From: Antedon mediterranea
Taxonomy: Eukaryota > Animalia > Echinodermata
DNA length: 64,000 bases
Reading direction: 5' to 3'
Assembly (NCBI RefSeq): GCF_964355755.1
Contig: NC_092678.1
Span: 14,010,352 to 14,074,351, forward strand
This document shows, one piece after another, positions 25,338-33,846 of this stretch. Each line of letters starts with the position of its first letter. Within the stretch, counting starts at the first letter, position 1. The notes under the pieces are model-generated. The model saw nothing but the letters and a program-made list of their open reading frames with translations. It searched no databases and was not told the origin of the DNA. Position numbers and translations under genes: made by a program.

Positions 25338-26666
25338 ATGGCAGGAAGAAGAAAAAGAAGGAAACGAGCGAAACGATGTCAAAAACGAACGAACGACCGT
25401 TGTAATTTGTGCAACCTGCCGACCGAATTGCTGCTGTACATTTTCTCCTTCATGGATTACGTGTCTCAGTTAGAGTTGGCCAACTCAAGTCCCTACATGA
25501 CCGGATTGTTGGGCGATTTGGAATTGATCGCAACCGAGGCGGCCGTACAACTGTGCAAACGTAAACGTCACGGTACGGTTGACACGTTTCAAAGCTGCCG
25601 ACCATCCGCCGGAAGCCTGTTGATGTGCGTGAAGCGAAAGTTTAAGCCGGTTCTCGATTCGCAATCGACTTTGCCGCAATTCTACATGTCTAACCTAGTG
25701 CTGAAGAATGTGCATTTTAGAGAGGGAACACTGCATCGCATCTTGGAAGAAACGGTGGTCTGCTTGGAGTATTTGGAATTGGACTCGTGCACCGGTGTTG
25801 TTTTCCACCCGGCTGCCAATCAACTAATCCCGTCGGACAAAATAGGACATTCATCGATACATTGCAAAAACATGAAAGTGCACTTGGACGACGTTCGCCA
25901 AACCCTGGTTCCCGATGGATTTTCTAGCAAATATACCTACTACGTGGTACTGACCGACTGCGACATGACGGAGACGGATCAAAATCTGAACTACAGGCTG
26001 TTGATCGTGTACGACGGCCGCTCCAACGGGGCAGATGTTGGACGTTACTTTAACCTAATCACAGTCTCGTCCGTGTGGAAAGAAACCGAAGTGTTGAAGG
26101 TTCGTCCTTACACACGAAACGAAGAAGACACAGTGTGGATGCCGATGGTCAATCGGACCAGTTTAAATGCGGCCATCGACCATTTCGCCGAATCTTCAAA
26201 AGAAACCTCTCTAGAACTTTCGTTGGACGGCTACACGGATGACCGAGTCGACATGTCAGTCGGCTTGCGATTGATGAGCTGGGACTCTTTGACCACCTTG
26301 TTTCTGCTAAATTCAATAGTGGACGAAGGTTTTCTTTCTGTTGTCATGTCGGAACATCCGAACCTGAACACGATAACGATAAAGAATTGCGAAGGTGATC
26401 CGTTCGGTGAGATGGAAACGAGCCCCAACACCGCACTGAGGCATTTGAACCTGATCGAAATGAATATCGACGAGGCAGGCATGGCTGAATTCATGACACC
26501 AATCATCAACGTCGTCAAGTTAACTTTACATAATATGTGTTTCTTCGACGAACGTCTTTTCGCTAAACGATTGTACGAGACATCCGGCTATCGTTGGCTC
26601 GATTGTGAGTATGTCCGCGAGCCAGGCGTATTGGTTCCCATTGAGATGTTTCTTGAAACGGGTTGA
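25338..26666 (+). CDS. Intronless F-box protein with a basic N-terminal NLS and LRR-like C-terminal region (442 aa)
   Basis: RRKRRKRAKR, then F-box LCNLPTELLLYIFSFMDYVSQLELA; LxxLxL units (LEYLELDSC, LTTLFLLNS, LNTITIKNC, LRHLNLIEM); AAAATGG start context; AATAAA at ~26740. Confidence 0.8.
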   Translation: MAGRRKRRKRAKRCQKRTNDRCNLCNLPTELLLYIFSFMDYVSQLELANSSPYMTGLLGDLELIATEAAVQLCKRKRHGTVDTFQSCRPSAGSLLMCVKRKFKPVLDSQSTLPQFYMSNLVLKNVHFREGTLHRILEETVVCLEYLELDSCTGVVFHPAANQLIPSDKIGHSSIHCKNMKVHLDDVRQTLVPDGFSSKYTYYVVLTDCDMTETDQNLNYRLLIVYDGRSNGADVGRYFNLITVSSVWKETEVLKVRPYTRNEEDTVWMPMVNRTSLNAAIDHFAESSKETSLELSLDGYTDDRVDMSVGLRLMSWDSLTTLFLLNSIVDEGFLSVVMSEHPNLNTITIKNCEGDPFGEMETSPNTALRHLNLIEMNIDEAGMAEFMTPIINVVKLTLHNMCFFDERLFAKRLYETSGYRWLDCEYVREPGVLVPIEMFLETG

Positions 26667-26813
26667 AGAAATCGATTTTTTTATATAACAAGTATACATA
26701 ACATGTGTTTATAATAATAACAAAACAAAAATGTTCTGTAATAAAAATGATATTTATTCGAGAAAAAGAATTATTAAAAGAAAAAGCAAATGCATTCTAT
26801 ATTTTTTTTTTTT

Positions 26814-27548
26814 TCAATCATGATGAATTTGAAATATTACAAATGTCTTCATTACATCGTCTTTGTCAGCTTCTTCTTCACTCTTCTTTAGACGGAATCT
26901 TTCGGAAATGCGAATGTCGTCCGGAATATCAGATGTAGTGAATTTAGAATATTCTTGTATGAGCTCCGGTGTCATGTGGGGATGTAATTTCTTCATGATA
27001 AATTTATATTCCTTTTGCATAGCCATCTGCGTGCCTGCTATAAACGACTTTGGAAGAGGAGAGAGTCCCTGTGGAACGTAAATGTTCTCTACTACATCAT
27101 GATAGAAAGTTGTCAAGACTTCCCTCTTTCCTGTCTTTGTAAAATCGTAAAACTGTACAATTACGCCTTTGATGTATTGCAACCGAATTCCTTGCAGATA
27201 CTCGTCCAATTCCTCAATGAAATACGTAGGCCTACGTCGACCAGTGTATGCGAATTCTATATTCGCTCCCTGGAGTAGATATGCGATCATCATTTTCAAT
27301 ATCGGTTTTCCTAACAAGTCCGTGTGTGCTATCGTTGGATGAAAGTCCATACTTTTCGAAATCCGGACATCCGCTTCCCCCGGAATGTACCATTGATGGT
27401 CATAATAAATTTCGTGAGTGGTATGGTCTGTGTAAACGTCTCGATGTACATCGTAGCCTTTGATCAACAGAATTCGTTTAAATCTCCCTTCAAAGTATTC
27501 TGTTCTTTGAATTCTCAGCTTTTCAGTTACTGATCTTCGCAGCATCAT
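26814..27548 (-). CDS. Intronless orphan protein (244 aa)
   Basis: Uninterrupted ATG-initiated ORF convergent with the F-box gene; TATAAAA upstream on the minus strand near 27595; no family recognised. Confidence 0.65.
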   Translation of the reverse strand: MMLRRSVTEKLRIQRTEYFEGRFKRILLIKGYDVHRDVYTDHTTHEIYYDHQWYIPGEADVRISKSMDFHPTIAHTDLLGKPILKMMIAYLLQGANIEFAYTGRRRPTYFIEELDEYLQGIRLQYIKGVIVQFYDFTKTGKREVLTTFYHDVVENIYVPQGLSPLPKSFIAGTQMAMQKEYKFIMKKLHPHMTPELIQEYSKFTTSDIPDDIRISERFRLKKSEEEADKDDVMKTFVIFQIHHD

Positions 27549-29608
27549 TTCCCGTTTTGTTGTGCTTTTTTTTCTGTTAAAATTTCTCTTTTTATATCTA
27601 CCATTTCCCTCGCCCCCCCCCCCCCCATAATAGCCTAATGTATGTGTGAGTGTGAGTGTCCAAAGACGCGCGGCGACGTTTAGTTTGCATCCTATTTTAC
27701 AAAAGAGATATGTGTCGTGTCACCACAAAAGGAGCTTTGGGTTGAAATTATTTTTTTTTTTTTAAATTATTATTATAATATTAATCTCCATTCTTTAAGC
27801 TTTCTAAAAAAAATAATGTAACTTGCTTTATAATTTATTTCAAGGCAATTAAGATATGACCCTATTTCAACCAAGAACTTCCGAATTCAATAGATTACTT
27901 CCGAATTCAATAGATTATCAACAATTAGAAAACAGCCTTTTAAGTTCAGTGGACCATTACATTGGTTTTATTCAATAACCACAACACATTCGCCTTGGAT
28001 ACCATTAGTTATTATTACTGAATCTACATGAAATTTTAAACACTTAAACAATGAATACGAGTATAGATTACACTTTAATTTCTTTCAATTTTATTATCAT
28101 CTTCATATATAAAATACAACAATTAAAAATTACATAATTATGTTGATTAATGGATTATTTTGAGCACACACAATCTGTTAACATAACTCACTTCTACTCT
28201 AGATCATGATTAGGCCTATACAAATTCTTACACATTCTTCTTCGTTTTCAATAACTATCCTCGCCGTCAGAATCTTCGTCGTCTATCCCCATCATCCAGG
28301 CTTTAGCATTAGCAAGAAGGCTAGCATTTAAAGCGTCAGCTATGACTTTTTCCGATCGTTCATTATCAGAATTAGACATTTCTATTAATTATATCAAACT
28401 ATTAATTTGAATGATGCAAAAGAATTATAGTATAGTTTATTAAAAGATTGTAAATTATAACACTAAAGTAGGACAATAATGTAGTAGCACACTGTAAACC
28501 TCGTGCGAACAGCTTACCAAGGTAGTAAACAATACGTCTACGCACGTTCACAAGTGATTGACCAATCAGAGGACGCGATTAGTCCCTTTTGTTTGGCTGT
28601 ATTTAAGGCCGAAGCCTTTATAAAAGTGATTGTGATTGGACTATGATTGCATATTTAAATGTTTATTCATGATATTCTGAAAGATGACGTTACAAGCTTT
28701 AAAACCATACCAGTTGTGACAATGTTTGGAAAGGCGGGAACATTCGATTGAAAAATAAGGTAGATGATTTTTGGCCGGCCGTTTACGGCTGAAATAGTCA
28801 GAATTCCACACAAAACCTTACAATATTGTCTATAAAAAAACGTCAAAATGTATGTATTTTGGAACAAAATTAAGTTTTAAGGACAAGTAAACTATAATAG
28901 TTGAATATGTCGAATATGTAAGAAAAAAAAAATTATTTTAAATTGACTATTCCAACATTCAAAGCTAATTATAGCAATATTATAGCTTTTGCGACACAAG
29001 GCCGGCGGCTCCTTTCGTTGTGACGCGACCCATATAGACGCGCGCGGGGGGGGGGGGGGAGATGTGGAGAACGCATTAGTAATGCTTAACATCAGTTTCT
29101 ATAAGAGCGAGATGAGAGAGAGAGATAGAGAGAGAGAAAAACAAAAACAAAAAAATGTGCTGTATCAAATTTATTTTCTTTTATTAATCCATAAGAAAGT
29201 GACAACATTAAAATAAAAGTGAATTACATACAAAAAGTTTTGCATTTATTTATTTGGAATTACACCTTTAGATCGGTAGCACACTTAGCACAAAGGTGCA
29301 TCCTTCACAATATAAAATATAACAATTAACAGAAAAGTAAAAAAAGGCAAAAGCAACTATCCTACCCCCCCCCCCCCCCCTCAATTTACATCGATACATA
29401 CAGTAGATCATTACTTTACACAAATGAATACAAAACAAGATATAGTAAAAGTGTACAAAATAAAATCAACTGATAAACACAGCTTATTACGTAAAAACCC
29501 CAACCTCTCCTCCCCCCCCCCCTTTTTTTTTTTCAATTTACTTAATGTAGCAATGTAGATAACATAGTTGCATTGCAGTTAAAGTTTGGTGCTGTATATA
29601 TACAATTT

Positions 29609-30124
29609 TTAAATGTCGCATACGCACAAGATTTCTATCGACATCGGCTCATATACTGCCGCGTCTACATTACATCGTTGAAAGCACTCATCCGATACGG
29701 GAATAGTTTCTGGATAACCAAACAGAGCGGGAACGCACCTTCCCACGTTTTCACCTAATGGAAAAAAGCAATGAGAACCAAACAGATCGCATCCATCATT
29801 GTCCGGTACGAGAAGCCATTGATCATCAGCCGATCGGTTTAGGCTACACGTTTCTAAAGAATATTTCATACCGTCCCATCGATCGCATTCATCACAACAC
29901 GTAACAATATGAGTACCGTCTTCGATGATGTCAATGCACGCATATTTTTCGCTCTCTCTAATGCATGCGTCGTGATATAGAAACGGCGATACTCCGTCAA
30001 CGTACACCGATCCAATTAACAAGTCCGGACGTTCATCGATGCACATTACACAACGATGGTGGTAAAGTAGTAGTAGTAATATGAGTAGTAGTAGTAAAAT
30101 GTGTTTCAACGCCTCTGTATCCAT
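29609..30124 (-). CDS. Cys-rich secreted or membrane-anchored protein (171 aa)
   Basis: N-terminal hydrophobic run ILLLLLILLLLLY followed by a cysteine-dense domain; the start overlaps the upstream ORF by 19 nt. Confidence 0.7.
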   Translation of the reverse strand: MDTEALKHILLLLLILLLLLYHHRCVMCIDERPDLLIGSVYVDGVSPFLYHDACIRESEKYACIDIIEDGTHIVTCCDECDRWDGMKYSLETCSLNRSADDQWLLVPDNDGCDLFGSHCFFPLGENVGRCVPALFGYPETIPVSDECFQRCNVDAAVYEPMSIEILCVCDI

Positions 30125-30396
30125 GCGTCACAATTGGTTCTGATGTAAAGCGATACCAACGAAAACAAAGGCCAATGTCTTGTCTCATTATGTTCTGTAA
30201 CGGGCATGCAAACGTGATGAAAATGTTTTGAGAATCCACTTCGTATAGACGCTGATATGACGTGTGACGGAGGACGAGGTCCGGCGTTTTCAAATTTTAC
30301 GAACCTGTTCAATTTGGTTGGAGCCATAGAATGCCAAGACCTTGTTGCCGGGTTGTAACCGCCAATCATGCGTGGTATTCCGTCTAATACGTCGTA
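30106..30396 (-). CDS. Probable -1-frame C-terminal continuation of the kelch-like protein
   Basis: The track ORF 30106-30441 starts at GTG, not ATG; it contains kelch-like IGGYNPATRSWHSMAP and joins the upstream ORF at a T7 run (30396-30402). Confidence 0.55.
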   Translation of the reverse strand, partial: YDVLDGIPRMIGGYNPATRSWHSMAPTKLNRFVKFENAGPRPPSHVISASIRSGFSKHFHHVCMPVTEHNETRHWPLFSLVSLYIRTNCDAWIQRR

Positions 30397-32258
30397 AAAA
30401 AAGGAAACTTTACGGTTGATCTGACTTTTTGCCTGAACCACGGGCCGTGTTTTTCATTACGTTTGAAAACATGTTCATTGTTGACAACAAAAATGTGTCC
30501 ACTGTCGTGTATAAGCGACGTGTTTTTGTCCAAGTGTCGAATGTATGATTTGGCAAAATTATCAACGAAACGAGACGGAAGTATTCTGTTCGGAATGTCA
30601 ACGTCGGCCATCAATTGGCTCGAGATTATTGAAAGCTTAGAAACAACCGTTTTAGGCTCAGCTCTAGTGCACATGACGTTGCCGATAGTGAACAGTTCGA
30701 TTTCACCGTTTGACTCGTTTCCTTTGCACCATTTACTCGAGTAATAACGATACGTCGTATTGAAAGCAAACCACTCTTTTCGTATCGTGTCATACACGAA
30801 TCCATATTTTTCAGTATCGCATCTACTCGTGTCGGTTCCTAGAAAGTCTAACATGTCAGTCGGTGCGCCGGTTTCGAATCTACCACCAACAAACACTAGC
30901 AATCTATCCAGAAAACAAAACATTTGCATTCCACAACGATGCCGGCAAACGACAGGCATTTCGCCAATTTTAGTCCATTCTGCTATACCGCCCTTGTTCA
31001 GGGTTTCTCTGGTGCACTCGTACACTTGAAAATCTGTTTCAAAGACGGCGTACAGTGTGTTCTTGTTACTCGTGCAACTTAAAACGCCCTTTATTGTTAC
31101 GTCATGAAACAATGGTCGAATGACAAGTATGGTTGTACCTGTGAACGCGTGATTCATGTACACGTCACCGGAAGAAAGAACGGTAAAAACAGATGCGTTC
31201 GGTGTGTCCTGACAGGCAAGTTGACGTTCCGGTGGTCGAGCAGACATTTTCAAGAGCGTCTTGATTCTGTCGGTGGTTCGTAAATCATCGACGACGACGT
31301 TGTTGTTGTGTTCGTTCATTCTATACGGCGAGAATACGGACGAGTCGAGAAGAATGCCCATGCTTGTCGCGTTGATCTTGTTGTCGGGCAATGATGCAAC
31401 CCATACGGTCACTAACCGATTCACGTCTGCATTGTAACCGCTTTTGCGAGCGTTTCGACTCAGTAATTTGTCAAAGAAACATGGCGGAATCTGAGACATC
31501 CACATGGAAATCAAATCTGGTTTCTTAACAAACAAATCGTGAATGAGCGGTGCCCAGAAAATCAACGAATCGGCAATGACACTCGATATTGCGTATGCTT
31601 TTTCCCGTTGGATTGTCGCGTGAATCAATTGGAGTACAACTGCAGTTCTAATCGGATCAAAAAACATTACTGTCGCTTCTTTCGAAATTGTTTCAATTGT
31701 ATCCGTTGAGATTTTTGGGAATACAATGCCTGTGTTTATGAGCATTTGCTTGATTTTATCCAGAGCAATTGTATTGTTCAAGTACACAGACAGTTTTGTA
31801 AACGAAACGATGTTTTCAATTGTAAACGGTTCATTTCTTTTGGTAAAGTTGTTTACGGCGTTTGCGTCCAACCATTTCGGTACTTTATACCAAATGTTGC
31901 CGCTTACTTTATCTTTTACAAAATGAAGATTTCTTATCTTATTTTTTGAGTCGTCGTGTTGTACTCTGTACGACGAATCGGTATCACGTTCCAAAAACCC
32001 GTCGTCGTATACATCACCTGTATGCTGCTGCTGCTCCGGTTGAACTTCAGTCTCCGAATCAATTTCGGGCACGTTATTCGGCGGCCGTTGAAATATTTCA
32101 TAATTTAAAGGTGTTACGGTAGCAGATTTTGCTAACGTTGAAGGTCCATCATCATCATCATCTTCATCATCAGATGATATCCACACAGTATCAAGTTTTC
32201 TTACTTTCTTACTGTCTTCGTGACGTTCATTAGAACCGTGCCTGCGTCTGGACGCCAT
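30384..32258 (-). CDS. Kelch-like beta-propeller protein with a basic/acidic N-terminus (624 aa from first ATG; ~717 aa if frameshift-extended)
   Basis: WTKIGEMPVVCRHRCGM..LLVFVGG and YDTIRKEW resemble kelch blades; first ATG (MASRRRH) at 32258; intronless and CpG-rich. Confidence 0.7.
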   Translation of the reverse strand: MASRRRHGSNERHEDSKKVRKLDTVWISSDDEDDDDDGPSTLAKSATVTPLNYEIFQRPPNNVPEIDSETEVQPEQQQHTGDVYDDGFLERDTDSSYRVQHDDSKNKIRNLHFVKDKVSGNIWYKVPKWLDANAVNNFTKRNEPFTIENIVSFTKLSVYLNNTIALDKIKQMLINTGIVFPKISTDTIETISKEATVMFFDPIRTAVVLQLIHATIQREKAYAISSVIADSLIFWAPLIHDLFVKKPDLISMWMSQIPPCFFDKLLSRNARKSGYNADVNRLVTVWVASLPDNKINATSMGILLDSSVFSPYRMNEHNNNVVVDDLRTTDRIKTLLKMSARPPERQLACQDTPNASVFTVLSSGDVYMNHAFTGTTILVIRPLFHDVTIKGVLSCTSNKNTLYAVFETDFQVYECTRETLNKGGIAEWTKIGEMPVVCRHRCGMQMFCFLDRLLVFVGGRFETGAPTDMLDFLGTDTSRCDTEKYGFVYDTIRKEWFAFNTTYRYYSSKWCKGNESNGEIELFTIGNVMCTRAEPKTVVSKLSIISSQLMADVDIPNRILPSRFVDNFAKSYIRHLDKNTSLIHDSGHIFVVNNEHVFKRNEKHGPWFRQKVRSTVKFPFFTTY

Positions 32259-32311
32259 CGCAATACTACAGCAACACGCACGCACACACACAATATGATC
32301 GCTAATATTAC

Positions 32312-32644
32312 TCACTTCAATAACTGCTTAAGAAATGTGGTTAACGTTTCAGAATATTCCTCCTTGTTTTTACTGGAACTAGCAAATTCACGTGCAACGT
32401 GAAGTGTGACAATAATGCGGCCCTCATTCACGTGGCCGTCTTCAAACATGCCCACGAGCAGATCGTGTAATGACTTGGCGCTGCGACATTTCACCTTATC
32501 AACTTGATTCTTGATTTCAGTTTTCAATTCTGCGTTGCTAAATGTTTCCGGATATTCACGTTCAACTTTTTCCTCGTTTTCCAAATAATTTTTGGCCAAA
32601 ACGATCAATTTATCAACATCAAAACCACCGTTTCTCTTTAACAT
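32312..32644 (-). CDS. Truncated Bcl-2-like protein (110 aa from first ATG)
   Basis: MFEDGHVNEGRIIVTLHVA matches the BH1 pattern (LFxDG.NWGRIVxL) with W to E; BH3-like EKVEREYPETFSN upstream; no BH2 or transmembrane tail; TATAAA just upstream. Confidence 0.65.
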   Translation of the reverse strand: MLKRNGGFDVDKLIVLAKNYLENEEKVEREYPETFSNAELKTEIKNQVDKVKCRSAKSLHDLLVGMFEDGHVNEGRIIVTLHVAREFASSSKNKEEYSETLTTFLKQLLK

Positions 32645-32822
32645 CTTGTTCAACAATATTTCTTTTTTTGAAGTGACTTTCTCGTTTATACGCACATCAA
32701 TTTATAGTACCGGAATGATTCTCTGTCAACAATCCCGTTTGTACGGTTCCGGTCTAGGATTTGCGTTTGTGATGACCGCTATGTTATGTAAATGAGCCTG
32801 TGCAGCTGGTGTATTAATAATT

Positions 32823-32865
<43 letters not shown>

Positions 32866-32890
32866 ACACACACGTTTCATAAGTTTGGTT

Positions 32891-33515
32891 ATGGATTCAG
32901 AACAGGGCTTAATTGGAGACCAGGGGTATGCTACGTCTAAAGCCAAAAACTTGGACATTAACCAGGTATCTGATGGTTTTGATGCCAAGTTGAACAATTT
33001 TAAAAGGCATGTTGCCGAGGAGTCATATTCAGCATTGAAACGTGCTCGGTCAGCGCATTTCAACGATGAATTAAAGATAGTGTATGAAAACAACGATCAG
33101 AGTGAAACGCTCACCGAAGGTATTATGATTCTTGAGAAATGACAAAAATTAAAAAATTTAAAAAAATAAATAAATAAATAAATAATTTATAATAGCTTAT
33201 TTTTTTTATTATTTTTTGTGTGTTTCAGATGAAGACTTTGGACCACTCACAGATCTGCGTATTTCCGAGTTGGCAAGAGAGCTGGGCAATGATTGGTCAA
33301 TGATAGCAACATATTTAGGAATTTCACTCGCTCAACAACAAGATTTACGTCAGGCTCATTACATTTGTAGTCGGGAACGTAATCAAGAAATGCTTGTTAT
33401 ATGGCGCAAGAGAGATTCATGCTGCCAAAAATCAGACAAACTACAATCATTAATGAATGCATTGGAAAAAAGTGGAAGAATCGACTTAAAAAACAAAATC
33501 AGTCTATGGCAATGA
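32891..33515 (+). CDS. Death-domain protein, two exons (32891-33119 and 33229-33515), 171 aa
   Basis: LTDLRISELARELGNDWSMIATYLGIS..QEMLVIWRKR..LMNALEKSGRIDL is a death-domain pattern; GAAG|GTATTA donor and pyrimidine-rich TTTCAG|AT acceptor give a phase-matched 109-bp AT-rich intron. Confidence 0.78.
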
Positions 33516-33846
33516 AAGTCAAAACTATAGCATTCGTATTTATAAAAGGTGTACGGTAGAGTACGTTTCTTCAATAATGAATCATAGCATTCGATCTATA
33601 TTAGTTTTGTTTTGAAAAGAGTTTATTAAAAAAAGAAAACACCTTTAACCGAGAACACCGTGTACTGTTATTGTAAAAAAATTTCGTTTCTAAAAGTTCA
33701 CGTTCACAACAAGAAGGATAGCGCGCAAGCAACTTGGCCATCTAGAATTCGTTCGATAATGTTTTAGAAAAAAATAAAAGCTTTACTTCGACGCCTAATG
33801 ACAGCGTGCGTCAATGTTTTAAAAAAGAGAGAACATACTTCCCCCT

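Noticed and set aside
32259-32315. Prokaryote-style GTGA stop/start coupling between the Bcl-2-like and kelch-like ORFs
   Set aside because: It depends on a GTG start from the ORF caller; the first ATG is at 32258, and the intron and polyA signals indicate eukaryotic expression.
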